A stretch of DNA of 64,000 nucleotides from a virus. The notes beneath the pieces are model-generated. The model was not told the origin of the DNA. It searched no databases and saw only the letters and a list, made by a program, of their open reading frames with translations. Below are positions 8,639-18,456 of the stretch, in pieces (positions within the stretch are counted from its first letter, which is position 1; each line of letters begins with the position of its first letter). A program made the translations under genes and the position numbers. The stretch lies in IMG/VR virus record IMGVR_UViG_3300014613_004232, positions 1 to 64,000 of that record. One strand, 5' to 3'.

Positions 8639-9377
8639 ATAGTTCGCGCGTGCTTGGGCTGATGCAGGTGGAGGATGGAAATCGAACAGGGGGCACCTCA
8701 ACCCCCGGTTCGTTCGGCATGCACACGATCCCGTCGTCACCAACGCCGAGGTGGAAGAACTGCCGCAGATCCTCCTGGCCATCCAGGAAGGTGTTCACCA
8801 GGCGCTCGAAGTGTGTCTCCCGCATCGCGCGCACGGCCTCGATTCGCGCCTTGTGCCACGCGAGCACGGCCACGTCGCTCATGGTCGACCAATCGGGGCT
8901 CACTCCCAAGGGGAGGATCTGCGCCGCGATGCAACCCACCATCCACTCGCCGCGGTGCGTGCACAGTTGCTCCAGCGCCTCCGCCTGCACCCCGAGCAAA
9001 GGACGCATCTCCATGGGGCCATCCCCGACGTCGATTCCGCTCAGCACCATCGAGCGCGGCTCGGCTGTGAAGTCGATGTAGCGCGACAGTCGGGCCTTGT
9101 CGCTGCCCCCGACCGAGAAGTCGGGGCCATCGTCGGTGACGCCCATCAGGTACTGGACAACCAGTCGGATGCGCTCGCTGACCGTCCACAGCCTGTGATC
9201 CTTCACATACGCGGCCGACGGGGCATCCGCCTGGGCAGCCGAGAACCTGAGGAACTGCGACGTGGCGACCTCGTGGCGAGAGGGGGGTATACGGCAGATG
9301 GAGATCGCCTGGTCAAGGGTCAACTCCTTGAGGGCGACGGACACCCGCGCCGTTCGGATTCTGGGGAAGTCGATCAT
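8622..9377 (-). CDS. Putative tail/baseplate assembly protein (P1-like morphogenesis)
   Basis: Position in tail operon; ATGA coupling with upstream gene. Confidence 0.5.
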   Translation of the reverse strand: MIDFPRIRTARVSVALKELTLDQAISICRIPPSRHEVATSQFLRFSAAQADAPSAAYVKDHRLWTVSERIRLVVQYLMGVTDDGPDFSVGGSDKARLSRYIDFTAEPRSMVLSGIDVGDGPMEMRPLLGVQAEALEQLCTHRGEWMVGCIAAQILPLGVSPDWSTMSDVAVLAWHKARIEAVRAMRETHFERLVNTFLDGQEDLRQFFHLGVGDDGIVCMPNEPGVEVPPVRFPSSTCISPSTRELFAHAR

Positions 9378-10159
9378 CGGTTGATGGAGTTGGCCCAGTC
9401 GCGAGCATCCCAGGCTGACAGGGACGCCAGCGCCATGGGCACTTGGGCAGAAAGCATGCGTCCGTCGGGGTCGCGCGGCGCGCCGAGCGGGTACGGGATG
9501 GACTCGATGACGAGTGGCGTGTAACTGCGGCCGGCGTACTGCATGCCGATGATGGTCGGGGTCTCTGAGGGCCAGGGAGACTGCAGGCTTCCCTGCGCGG
9601 CCTGGGACAGGACGCCGTCGTCTGCAAGCCTTCTCGGCAGAGACCAGTAGATGAGTTGATCGAGCGGGCGCTCCACCTCTTCGAACGGGTCAAGCTCCGC
9701 GCGGAACTGGGCGGTAAACGTGATCTTCATCGGCGGCAGGCCGTTGAAAACCTGGGTGCTGTTGAGTTTGGTCACCGAGGACTTCCCCTCCAGCGACCTC
9801 ATGGCGCCCTCGCCTCCAGTCCCGGTGATCCCCAGGGCCTGCCTGGCGTCCTCTGGAATGGACTTGATGATCTGATCCCACAGCGCGCCGAGGGGAGCCA
9901 GACCACCGGTCTGCAGCAGGGCCGACAACGTGGAGAAGCGCTGGTCCGCCCCCATGTTCTCGAAGGGTGACTGCCAGTTGATGGTGTGCTCGATGTTGGG
10001 CTCCGTGATGGGAGCCTGCACGATCGGAGCATCAGGGATCGGAACCCAGATGAACTTGTCGGCCACCTTCTCACGCCGGAAGGCGCGGAAGGTGGCGATC
10101 AGGTTCCTGTTGAGGCCGGTCCAGTCCGAAGACAGCGGCTTTACGACGGACTGGGTCAT
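9374..10159 (-). CDS. Putative baseplate/tail-tube initiator-like protein
   Basis: QVF.G.PPMKITFTAQFRA..DP..EV pattern of tube-fold baseplate proteins; gene context. Confidence 0.55.
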   Translation of the reverse strand: MTQSVVKPLSSDWTGLNRNLIATFRAFRREKVADKFIWVPIPDAPIVQAPITEPNIEHTINWQSPFENMGADQRFSTLSALLQTGGLAPLGALWDQIIKSIPEDARQALGITGTGGEGAMRSLEGKSSVTKLNSTQVFNGLPPMKITFTAQFRAELDPFEEVERPLDQLIYWSLPRRLADDGVLSQAAQGSLQSPWPSETPTIIGMQYAGRSYTPLVIESIPYPLGAPRDPDGRMLSAQVPMALASLSAWDARDWANSINR

Positions 10160-10171
10160 CGGCCTCTGGCC

Positions 10172-10924
10172 TTACTTGGCGTTCAGGCCCATCTTCGCGC
10201 GCACGCGAAGCGACTTCATGCGGGAAACCCGGGCGGTGGCGCTGTGAGTCTTCAGTTGCGCCTTCTTGATGGCGACCTTCTGCTTGGCAGACAGGCGCAC
10301 GGTGCCGGAGATGCGCTTGTTGATGCGCACCTTCTTGCCCGCGCGGACCGCCCAAGCCTTCTTGTAGACGGCGTCCAGGCTGGCCACCGCGCTGTCGAAG
10401 ACGGACTCCTGCGATTCGCTGTCGAAGGCGAAGGAGTCGATGTCGGCCAGTTCGGCGTCAGCACCTTCAGGGGCCTCGTTGGCCAGGAGCTCGCCCACTC
10501 GCAGACCGGCGGCTTCGTCGCCATCGTTCAGCAGGGACGAGATGTCCTCCTCGGGAACGCCCTTGGAGTTCAGGTAGTCCCAGGCCGCATTGAAGGCGAT
10601 GTCGATGAGGTTGGACTCCTCTTCGGTGATCTCGCCATCCTTGTTGGCATCGGCAATGCCGATCAGCATGGCGTCGAGGCGAGCGGCAAGCGTCTCGCCC
10701 TCGTCGAGGGCATCCGACGGAGTCACCGACCAAGCCTGCAGGGTGGCGGCCACGGCCGCGCGGATGTCAGCCAGGGCGAACTCAGCGGCGGCGCCAGCGG
10801 CGTCCATCACCTTGTCTTCCTTGGTCTTCTCCTCGCACGAGTCGAGGACCTTCTTGCCCCGCTGGGGGCCGATGGCATCCAGGCTCTTCAGTGCCTGGGC
10901 TGCCGGGTGCTGAGCGAACGTCAT
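10172..10924 (-). CDS. Putative prohead core/morphogenesis protein (acidic N-terminus, very basic C-terminus)
   Basis: C-terminal LSAKQKVAIKKAQLKTHS...RMKSLRVRAKMG resembles prohead core proteins; next to sheath and capsid. Confidence 0.55.
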   Translation of the reverse strand: MTFAQHPAAQALKSLDAIGPQRGKKVLDSCEEKTKEDKVMDAAGAAAEFALADIRAAVAATLQAWSVTPSDALDEGETLAARLDAMLIGIADANKDGEITEEESNLIDIAFNAAWDYLNSKGVPEEDISSLLNDGDEAAGLRVGELLANEAPEGADAELADIDSFAFDSESQESVFDSAVASLDAVYKKAWAVRAGKKVRINKRISGTVRLSAKQKVAIKKAQLKTHSATARVSRMKSLRVRAKMGLNAK

Positions 10925-10948
10925 GGAGCGTTCCTTTCTTGAGGGTGA

Positions 10949-12571
10949 TCAGCGAGTGAGGGTCTGGGTGATGAAGCCTTGGCGGGCCACACCGTCGAAG
11001 GAGGTCCAGTAGTTGATGTGGACGACGTCTGTGGAGCGCACCTCGTCGGGGACGACCGAGAACAAGAAGGCCGCATTGCCTTCGAGGTTCTTGGACTTCT
11101 TGAGCCACTTGCTGGCCTCAGCGTCTTCGAACAGGTTCTGCAAGAACGTGTTCATCGACTTGATGTAGGACTCCATGGGCTGCAGCAAGATCTCTTTGGA
11201 GTACATCGCAACCCAGTTGTCGATCGATGCGCTCATCTCGCCCACGGGAATCAGCTTCTTGTAGCTGACCCGGGTCTTCGCCGCCGTGAGGCAGTCCGTG
11301 TAGACGTAGCGCCCGCCCCCGTTGTAGAGCTCGAAGATCACCGGGTTGATCTGAGCCTTCGCCAGGTCAGACAACTGCTGCTCGCTGGGCTTGTGCAGTT
11401 GGCGGGTGGCGGTGCGCTGGATCGGCCACTCCTTGCCGGCAATCGGGTAGTTCTTGGGCGCGAAGCCTTTGGCGTTCACCCGGGCGTTGCGGCGGCAGGA
11501 ATACCCAGCGTTCAGGCCTGCAGTGCCCCAAACAGCACGTCCGCCACTCGCGGGGTCTTCCGCTTCGAGCGGGGCCCAATACTTGTGGACGTAGTGCGTA
11601 TCCAGCCCCAGCGCAGCGTCCAGGGTGAGCACTGCCTCAGGGTCCAGGTTGCCGGAATAGTCCAACTTCATGGGGATGTTGGCCTCAATGGCGAAGTCCG
11701 CCAACTTCGCCAGCAACGACAGCACCTGCGTGCCGCCGCTGATGATGTAGCCGAAGGGGTCGGTCGTGTTGCGCAGCGCGTCCACGGCGCGGTCGTAGTC
11801 GCCGGCCAAGTACGTCGTCGCGCCTTCCACGAAACAGTCCAGCACGGCAGAAGTAGGCCATTGGTCGCGACCGTCAGCGCCGCGTCCATAGGCATTCGAG
11901 GTTGTGGGCACGCCTGTGAAGGCCGCGTTCACCACCAAGGTAACCGACTCGGTCAGGTTCGCGGCCACATCGGGCAGATAGGCTGAGGCGCCGTAATCGT
12001 CCTTCGCGTCGGGGTTCACCGAGCCGGTGAACTCGTGCAGTCGGTTGCCTTCGGAGTCCAGCACGCGAATCGTCAGCGTTGGATTGAGGACGGGGATGCC
12101 ACCGGTGACCAGGGGCTCAGCGTGGACTGAAACCTTGATTCCGTCGTTGTGGCAGTCATGGTGCAACAGCGCGAGGCTGTAGGTCGCATCGGTGAGGTCC
12201 GCGCCGCCAACAGCGTAGGTGGTCGCACCGTTTCCCACATTGATCAGCGCCCACTTCTTCGTTGCGGCCGAGGTGTTCAGGCGGTAGACCACTGCCTCCT
12301 GGGCGCCGTTGAAGAGCGCGTCACGGAGTTGCAGTCTGGCCTCGTTGAGCAGGCTGGCACGCATGGTGTCAGCCTTGCCCGTCTTGATGTAGAGGTTGGA
12401 CCGGTTCACGCGGAAGGGCCGGTCAATGCGTCCGCGCGTGAAGCGCCCGACCATCGCGACGACCTGATCCGAGTTGTCCGGCGCCGCACCGTCGGTGTTG
12501 TCCGCCAGCGGGTTAAGCTGGTTGCCCGGCTGGAAACCCAGTTGACGGACGAAGGGGCGGAAGCCGCTCAT
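10949..12571 (-). CDS. Contractile tail sheath protein (P1 gp22-like)
   Basis: 540 aa; GRFTRGRIDRPF N-terminus, LAKAQINPV and C-terminal FDGVARQ sheath-like features; position after capsid as in P1. Confidence 0.85.
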   Translation of the reverse strand: MSGFRPFVRQLGFQPGNQLNPLADNTDGAAPDNSDQVVAMVGRFTRGRIDRPFRVNRSNLYIKTGKADTMRASLLNEARLQLRDALFNGAQEAVVYRLNTSAATKKWALINVGNGATTYAVGGADLTDATYSLALLHHDCHNDGIKVSVHAEPLVTGGIPVLNPTLTIRVLDSEGNRLHEFTGSVNPDAKDDYGASAYLPDVAANLTESVTLVVNAAFTGVPTTSNAYGRGADGRDQWPTSAVLDCFVEGATTYLAGDYDRAVDALRNTTDPFGYIISGGTQVLSLLAKLADFAIEANIPMKLDYSGNLDPEAVLTLDAALGLDTHYVHKYWAPLEAEDPASGGRAVWGTAGLNAGYSCRRNARVNAKGFAPKNYPIAGKEWPIQRTATRQLHKPSEQQLSDLAKAQINPVIFELYNGGGRYVYTDCLTAAKTRVSYKKLIPVGEMSASIDNWVAMYSKEILLQPMESYIKSMNTFLQNLFEDAEASKWLKKSKNLEGNAAFLFSVVPDEVRSTDVVHINYWTSFDGVARQGFITQTLTR

Positions 12572-12576
12572 GGTGA

Positions 12577-13083
12577 TCAGCCCTCCATGTAGAGTTCATC
12601 GGGCGCGGCGTCCAGGCGGACCTTGAGGTCACCTTGGAAGTGCAGCGCGTTCAGGGTCAGGGTGTTGCTCAACACCGCGACGGCCTGTGCCTCGTCGTGG
12701 AGCACCACGGGCACGGTAGCGCCGCCGCCCACGATCTGGGCCGTGATGGGCTCCACGACTGCCACATGCCCGTTGTTGCGGAGGAACGTGGACTTGGGAT
12801 ACTCCAGACCAGCGGCCCACTCCAGGGCAGCGGCCGGGACTTCCTGAGCCACCTTCTGGGTCGCGGCCTCCACGCCAGCGCCACCAGCGACGATGGGATC
12901 GCCCTGGTTGCCCGCGTCAGACCCGGCCTGGTCTGCCCCGGCGCCGGCGGCATCGCCTGCGCCCGATTCGCCGGTTTGATCGCCACCCTGGCCCGAAGTC
13001 AGGTTCTCGCCAGACTCACCGGTGGTGATGGTGCCAACCCCTGCCGCCGAAGCGGAGGGGCTGGCAGTCGCTTTTTTCGACAT
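12577..13083 (-). CDS. Hypothetical virion protein with Gly/Ala-rich N-terminus
   Basis: ORF with AAGGAG SD between capsid and sheath. Confidence 0.55.
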   Translation of the reverse strand: MSKKATASPSASAAGVGTITTGESGENLTSGQGGDQTGESGAGDAAGAGADQAGSDAGNQGDPIVAGGAGVEAATQKVAQEVPAAALEWAAGLEYPKSTFLRNNGHVAVVEPITAQIVGGGATVPVVLHDEAQAVAVLSNTLTLNALHFQGDLKVRLDAAPDELYMEG

Positions 13084-13119
13084 GCTCAGCTCCTTGTTGA
13101 GTGCTTCAGTGGGGCCTGA

Positions 13120-14778
13120 TTACTTCAGACCGGTGACGTTGAGCAGACCGCAGCCCTTGGCAGAGGGCTCGTGCGGGTTGACCACCGTGAAGTTGCGGGC
13201 GTACATCGCCAACTGCTTGTTCAGGTCCAGTTGGGTGCCGATCTCGACCAGGGTGGGCGCCACAGCGTCACCCAGCAGGATCGGGCAGCGAGCGACCTGG
13301 TTGCTGCGACCGATCAGCAGCATTTCAGCGCTGCTGAGGTCAGCCGCCTGGGTGACCACCTTGGGCGAGTAGTACACGTCGTACTTGCCGTACAACTTGC
13401 CGGCGCGGTAGATGCCGGGGCGCTCGGTCAGGCCCGAGGGCTCGAAGATGTCGCGACCGCAGGACAGCCATTGGTTGATCAGGAAGGACGAGGCATAGAC
13501 GAACGACACACCGAAGTCCATGGTCGTGTTGGCCATCTGTTGGCTCAGTTCACCCAGCGGGGCCTGGGCGTCCAACCACATCTGCGAGCGGTTCATCTGC
13601 AGCGAGCGATCGGCGTAGTCCAGGTCGTGGGTGGCGCTGTTGTGGACCGACAGCCTGCGGACGTAGCGCAGAGCCTGGTAGTGGCGCTCCATGGCCAGTT
13701 GGGTGCGCAGCGCCAGCAAGGCTTCGCTTTCGCCATCCAGGCCCAGTTCGTTGCGCAACTGGCCTTGTGCGTCGATGGACAGTTTCGTGGCGATGCGATG
13801 AGCGTTCGCGTACACCGACCAGACTTCGGCCTTGATACCGACCAGAGGGATCAGAGAAGGCTGGGTCTCGTAGTCGATGAAGCCCTGTACCACCACCTTT
13901 TGGTAATCGGCGGGCAATGCGGGGGTCACGCTGGTGATCTGCACCGCGCCAGATGCCACGGTGACGTAACCGGTCAGGGTGTGCGTGGTGCCGGCGATGG
14001 TCACGGAACCGGTGAAGGGGCTGTTGGCGGCGCTGCCAGTGGCGGTGTCAGTTGCGATGGGCAGACCACCCACATAGACGATGCTGCGACCACGAAGGAC
14101 GCCAACGCCGGTGCCGGCCGGATCGCAGAAGCCAGGGTTGCCAACCAGGTTCGAGGTCGTGAACTTCGAGTTGTACGGGCCTGAGCCATTGGTGTCGATC
14201 TCGACCATGCGCTGGCTGGAGGCGTACACGTCACCCACGTTGGTGCCGTCCATCAGTTCGCCCAGGGTGTAGTCGCCGAAGGCGGAGCCGGCTTGGTGCG
14301 AGAGGATGGCCAACTTGCCTTCGTTGGAGCCGATGTCGACCGGCAGGTAACCGGCGAACGGGATGGCTTCAGCGATGCCCGACAGGATGGCCACCACAGC
14401 GCGGTTGGGCTGCAGGGAGATCTGATCGTGATGGGCGCTCGTGACCGAGTCCGTGACGTGGATCAGGGCGGCGTGGCCTTGCTGGATGGCGGCATCGACC
14501 ACGTCGGCGGTCGGCTGGCGGCCGTGCGAGGTTTCGAACTCACGGATGCCCATGAGCACCGAGTCCAGGACCCGTGCATGATCATTTTCATCAGCGACCT
14601 CCAGGATCTGCGCCAGGCGCTTCGGCAGCTTGACGCCGTTGGCTTCGTTCTTCACCGAATCCAGAACGTCCTGGCCACGCAGGCCCGTACCGATGTCAGA
14701 CGACACGCTGTCGAGAAAAACGCCTGCTTCCTGCGTGGATGCGAGCGTGTAAATGGCTTGTTGCTGCTTCTTGGGCAT
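13120..14778 (-). CDS. Major capsid protein (P1 gp23-like)
   Basis: ~550 aa with strong codon bias; own late promoter; GIYRAGKLYG.YDVYYSP C-terminal pattern; GGAG SD before ATG at 14778. Confidence 0.85.
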   Translation of the reverse strand: MPKKQQQAIYTLASTQEAGVFLDSVSSDIGTGLRGQDVLDSVKNEANGVKLPKRLAQILEVADENDHARVLDSVLMGIREFETSHGRQPTADVVDAAIQQGHAALIHVTDSVTSAHHDQISLQPNRAVVAILSGIAEAIPFAGYLPVDIGSNEGKLAILSHQAGSAFGDYTLGELMDGTNVGDVYASSQRMVEIDTNGSGPYNSKFTTSNLVGNPGFCDPAGTGVGVLRGRSIVYVGGLPIATDTATGSAANSPFTGSVTIAGTTHTLTGYVTVASGAVQITSVTPALPADYQKVVVQGFIDYETQPSLIPLVGIKAEVWSVYANAHRIATKLSIDAQGQLRNELGLDGESEALLALRTQLAMERHYQALRYVRRLSVHNSATHDLDYADRSLQMNRSQMWLDAQAPLGELSQQMANTTMDFGVSFVYASSFLINQWLSCGRDIFEPSGLTERPGIYRAGKLYGKYDVYYSPKVVTQAADLSSAEMLLIGRSNQVARCPILLGDAVAPTLVEIGTQLDLNKQLAMYARNFTVVNPHEPSAKGCGLLNVTGLK

Positions 14779-14837
14779 CTTGATCTCCGTGGTTAAGAGC
14801 ACGTGCCAAACCCGGCGTGCGTGCCGATGCGTGACGC

Positions 14838-14878
14838 ATTCTTCGAAGAGTCAAGAGGGGTGATTTGGTCTGTTTTCC
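14838..14878 (-). promoter_or_regulatory. Late-promoter motif (capsid operon)
   Basis: GGAAAA-N29-AAGAAT. Confidence 0.8.
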
Positions 14879-14884
14879 GAAATG

Positions 14885-14908
14885 AAAAAGGCCCGCCGAA
14901 GCGGGCCT
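14885..14908 (-). terminator. Rho-independent terminator
   Basis: Minus strand AGGCCCGC-TTCG-GCGGGCC-TTTTT. Confidence 0.85.
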
Positions 14909-14928
14909 GAGAAGCGCTGAATGTCCGA

Positions 14929-15423
14929 TCAGGACTGGGTTTGCGGCGCACCGCCAACAAGCGACGCGAGCTCGTCGCGAAGCAGCTTGATGGAGTCCTT
15001 CAAAGCATCTCGGCGCTCGATCTTGGCCTTGAGCAAGTTCGATCGAGACACGCGGATGCTGGGTGGCAGAGGAACCTTCACGCGGGCGAGCGCACGCTGA
15101 AAGGCATCTCGCCCTTTGTCCAGGCGGCCCGCGATTTCGCTGATCGCTGCGTGGTAGTCGTCCTGGTCCTTCAGCGGCGTGACCTTGCCGTTGATCTTCA
15201 CTTCGAAGACGTCACCGGTGGACTTGAAGGCCATGGCCACCGTCTGCCCATCGGCAAAGGTGAGGTTGAGGTTGCGGTAGGTCACGCCCGCGCGGATGGA
15301 CATCTTCTTGTCCACCTCGGAGGTGATGACGTTGGCGCCGGCCAGACGGAAGCGCTGGACCACGGTCTTGACGGCCTTGTCCTTCTCGGACGGGTTTTCG
15401 AAGTTGAACTGCAGGGCCTTCAT
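14929..15423 (-). CDS. hdf: Hdf-like protein (DarA N-terminal-domain homologue)
   Basis: F.DGQTV...TGDVFEVKINGK.TP pattern shared with P1 Hdf/DarA_N. Confidence 0.7.
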   Translation of the reverse strand: MKALQFNFENPSEKDKAVKTVVQRFRLAGANVITSEVDKKMSIRAGVTYRNLNLTFADGQTVAMAFKSTGDVFEVKINGKVTPLKDQDDYHAAISEIAGRLDKGRDAFQRALARVKVPLPPSIRVSRSNLLKAKIERRDALKDSIKLLRDELASLVGGAPQTQS

Positions 15424-15431
15424 GGCTTACC

Positions 15432-15995
15432 TCACATTGGGTTGTCGGGGACGCGGTTGGAGTTGTCGAAGTGGCCACCGTGCGTGTTGAACTTGCTGCG
15501 CATCGTAGCCATCGACTTGGTGCCGCCTTGATCAGAGACGTTCTGGCCTGCAGTGATGTTCTGCAGTGCGGCGATGTTCTGTTGGCAGATGATGTTCTTC
15601 TCGACGATGAGGTCTGCACCTGCAACGGTCATCAGTCCATCAGTGACAGTGACCGTGGTAGCGCCCACCGTGATCAAGAGGGTGTTCTCCGCGATCAACT
15701 GCACGTTGGCGTGCTGCCACCGGCGCCACCCCGTTGGGTTGCCCGAGCGAGGGGTCCGGTAGCCCATGATCACCGGATAGCGGGGGTCGCCACCTTCGAA
15801 GGTGAGCCAGACCGGATCACCGGGGAGAATGCGAATCTCGGTGGTGGCCGCGTTGTCACCCAGGGGATTGCAGAAGACGGCTTCTGGCGTAACGCCAGAC
15901 CCATCCGTGATGCCGTCGATCGAGACCCGACAGGTTCGGGCCCCGCCGTCGTAGCTGGCGACAACTCCCGGCCACATGCCATGGATGACGTTCAT
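15432..15995 (-). CDS. Baseplate central spike (gpV/Gp5 OB-fold type)
   Basis: PGDPVWLTFEGGDPRYPVIMG; beta-helical repeats; C-terminal N.H..H metal-binding tip. Confidence 0.85.
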   Translation of the reverse strand: MNVIHGMWPGVVASYDGGARTCRVSIDGITDGSGVTPEAVFCNPLGDNAATTEIRILPGDPVWLTFEGGDPRYPVIMGYRTPRSGNPTGWRRWQHANVQLIAENTLLITVGATTVTVTDGLMTVAGADLIVEKNIICQQNIAALQNITAGQNVSDQGGTKSMATMRSKFNTHGGHFDNSNRVPDNPM

Positions 15996-16876
15996 GAGGA
16001 CAACTCCCCCAGCCAGGCCTGGGTGTACTGATCGCCGCCGATGGACTCGAACACGTGCGCGGCCGTGATGATCACCATTCGGTGACGGCCAACGTCGACA
16101 CGCTGGCCCGCGGCCAGGCCAGGCGTCAGTGCGGTTCGGTACTTCCTGCGCTGCAGAAGCACCTGCCCTAGGTTGTTCACGATCCGCTGGTCCGCGCGAG
16201 GCTGGTAGTGCACCCCACGAGAGGCTTCACGCCGGCCGGACACGATCACACCTGATGGCGCGGTCGTGAACGCGAAGGGCACCGCATGCCGCTCCAGGAA
16301 GTCGCTGTTCAGGACCTCAGTGGCCTCTTCCGGAACCACCAGCGTAGCGGGCTGAGCAACAAGCTCACCCAGTCGGCGATAGGTGATTGAGTTGTCGCTG
16401 TAGACCAGCGCGCCGGCTTCCTCCTGGAGGATCTTGGCCACCTCGAAAGAGGGCGTCATGCCAACGAAGCAGGAGAAGCGCGGCACGTTGAAGTCCGACC
16501 CGATGCGAACCTGCGCACCACAGGCCCGGTAGATCTCACCCAGGGGCGCGTTCTCTCGGATGACGGACCGCTGAAGACGGCGCGCGATGGGCTCACACGA
16601 TGCGAGCATGCCGATGACCTTCAGGCCCGAGGTCGGCTGGTCGCCCTGGATGGGAGAGTTGCCCGCCACCTGCTGGGACTTGACCACCACAAACTCAGCC
16701 TTGAGGCTTCCGACCTTGATGCGTTGGCCTTCCGCCAGCGCCCGCTCGACCTGGGCCGTGCGACGGGCCTCGATCTCGATGGTGGACGGGATAGGAGTCA
16801 GGTCCGTGCGCAGGATCACCCGAGTGACGACATCGGAGCCCAATGCCGCACCGCCGCCGGCTGGCGTGATGAGCAT
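15992..16876 (-). CDS. Baseplate hub protein (gpD/gp27-like)
   Basis: Directly upstream of the spike; size and context. Confidence 0.6.
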   Translation of the reverse strand: MLITPAGGGAALGSDVVTRVILRTDLTPIPSTIEIEARRTAQVERALAEGQRIKVGSLKAEFVVVKSQQVAGNSPIQGDQPTSGLKVIGMLASCEPIARRLQRSVIRENAPLGEIYRACGAQVRIGSDFNVPRFSCFVGMTPSFEVAKILQEEAGALVYSDNSITYRRLGELVAQPATLVVPEEATEVLNSDFLERHAVPFAFTTAPSGVIVSGRREASRGVHYQPRADQRIVNNLGQVLLQRRKYRTALTPGLAAGQRVDVGRHRMVIITAAHVFESIGGDQYTQAWLGELSS

Positions 16877-17256
16877 CAGGACACCTCGAAGGGCTCACCC
16901 ATGAAGGCGCGCTGGGGCAACGTCTCGTCCTTCATGATCCGGATGTCGGCCTCCACCTCGGAGGACTGGCGCCCGTAGAGCTCCAGTCCTCCGGATCGCG
17001 ACGCCTCCAGCCGGAGAGAGTTTTCCTTCTCGACCAGGAGGACGAACAGGGGCGAGATGATGGCCCACTCGGAAGCGCTGACCTCGGTGCTCTCGGCTAC
17101 GTCATCAAGGGACGGCGTCGCCCCTCCCAGAGTTCCCCAGCCAAGGTAATACTGAGTGGCGTCAATGGCTTGGGCCAACACCTCCTCGTCAACCAAGACC
17201 AGCCAACCCGGGCGGCGAGTCGCGACGAATTCATCAACCAGATCGCCGAGGTTCAT
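16876..17256 (-). CDS. Phage morphogenesis protein
   Basis: Translationally coupled to the hub gene. Confidence 0.55.
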   Translation of the reverse strand: MNLGDLVDEFVATRRPGWLVLVDEEVLAQAIDATQYYLGWGTLGGATPSLDDVAESTEVSASEWAIISPLFVLLVEKENSLRLEASRSGGLELYGRQSSEVEADIRIMKDETLPQRAFMGEPFEVS

Positions 17257-17264
17257 CTGTCACC

Positions 17265-17762
17265 TCAGACAGGCAGGATGTTGCCCGGGATGGTTTCGCC
17301 GTAGAACTGGAAGAACAGCGTGCCGGCGAAGGTCAGCACCTGAGTGCGGTTTTCCCAGTCGCGGTCCACCGGGTCCAGAACGATGAAGGCGTCGCGGATC
17401 TTGACGGCGCGGTAAAAGCGATCAGGCGAACCTTCGTACACGGTCGCGTTGAATCGCCCGCCCTTGGCATTGACGTTGTTCAGGAAGGCCTGGGCAATGC
17501 CGTTCACCGTCTCAGAGAAGGTGATCTGCCCCTGTTGGTGGACCTTCAGTTGCTGGGGCTGCCACGAGGCGCTGCCGACGGGGCCAGCGACCTCGATTTC
17601 GCCGCCCGGCGTCAACACCGGCCACGGGAACTGCTTGATGAGGATCGCCGCCTGAGGGAAGCCCTCGGGCTCGAAGAAGGCGTCGGAGTTGATCGCCTTG
17701 TCGCCGACGGCCTTGGCGAGGTTGTAGAAGCCCTTCAGGACTTCGGGACTGGAGAGAGACAT
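17265..17762 (-). CDS. Tail tube protein (P1 Tub/BplB-like)
   Basis: QFPWP...EIEV.GP.G...QQGQITFSET tube-fold pattern, 165 aa, own late promoter. Confidence 0.7.
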   Translation of the reverse strand: MSLSSPEVLKGFYNLAKAVGDKAINSDAFFEPEGFPQAAILIKQFPWPVLTPGGEIEVAGPVGSASWQPQQLKVHQQGQITFSETVNGIAQAFLNNVNAKGGRFNATVYEGSPDRFYRAVKIRDAFIVLDPVDRDWENRTQVLTFAGTLFFQFYGETIPGNILPV

Positions 17763-17795
17763 GGATGCACCCGCCCATGAAATGACGATGGGTGC

Positions 17796-17836
17796 AGTCT
17801 GGGAGGTGCCCTCTCTGCGTCTTTTGGCCGTTTTCC
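17796..17836 (-). promoter_or_regulatory. Late-promoter motif
   Basis: GGAAAA-N29-CAGACT. Confidence 0.8.
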
Positions 17837-17875
17837 GGATCAGAGCCGAGAGGGCTGCAACAGGGCCAGGAAACG

Positions 17876-17898
17876 AAAAAGCCCGCAACTGCGGGCTT
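17876..17898 (-). terminator. Rho-independent terminator of the accessory two-gene operon
   Basis: Minus strand AAGCCCGCA-GT-TGCGGGC-TTTTT. Confidence 0.8.
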
Positions 17899-17916
17899 CG
17901 GGGAGGGGAGACCTGA

Positions 17917-18456
17917 TCAGGCCGCCATCCGCACGGCCGAGGCGTGTGCCTGGATGCTGTTCAACGCCCGGGTTGGCCTCATGACTGCCACCTTGACACG
18001 CTCGGTGGGTTCTTTGTGGAGCTTGCGGGCGACAGCAGCGAGCACCTTGACCACACTGATCTGAGCCCGGCTGTTGCGGCTGATCATGTCGTATGCCGTG
18101 CAAAAGAACTCGCCGAGCAGATCGCGAACATCTTGGCGGTCAACCGTGCGCGTGAAGACACGCACGCGCCGCTCCTCTTCGGTTGAGGTGTGGTACTCGG
18201 CCAGCATCTCAACGATTCGGGTCAGCGATAGCTTTTCGGTCGCGCTGATGTGGAAGTTCAGCGTGCTGATCGTTTCCTTGTACTCCGGCGAATCTTCGGG
18301 CAGTCCCTCGAAGATCACCATGAGCGAGAGACGGTCACGCAAAGCGAAGAACCTGAACTTGAACTTCGTGACGATCAACTTGTTGTACTCATCGATCTGC
18401 AAGAACAGCACATAGCAAAGAAACGCACCGATGAGGAGACTGGCTAGCGATTCCAT
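17917..18456 (-). CDS. Accessory membrane-anchored protein (moron)
   Basis: N-terminal TM helix; lower GC; start directly abuts the upstream stop. Confidence 0.7.
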   Translation of the reverse strand: MESLASLLIGAFLCYVLFLQIDEYNKLIVTKFKFRFFALRDRLSLMVIFEGLPEDSPEYKETISTLNFHISATEKLSLTRIVEMLAEYHTSTEEERRVRVFTRTVDRQDVRDLLGEFFCTAYDMISRNSRAQISVVKVLAAVARKLHKEPTERVKVAVMRPTRALNSIQAHASAVRMAA

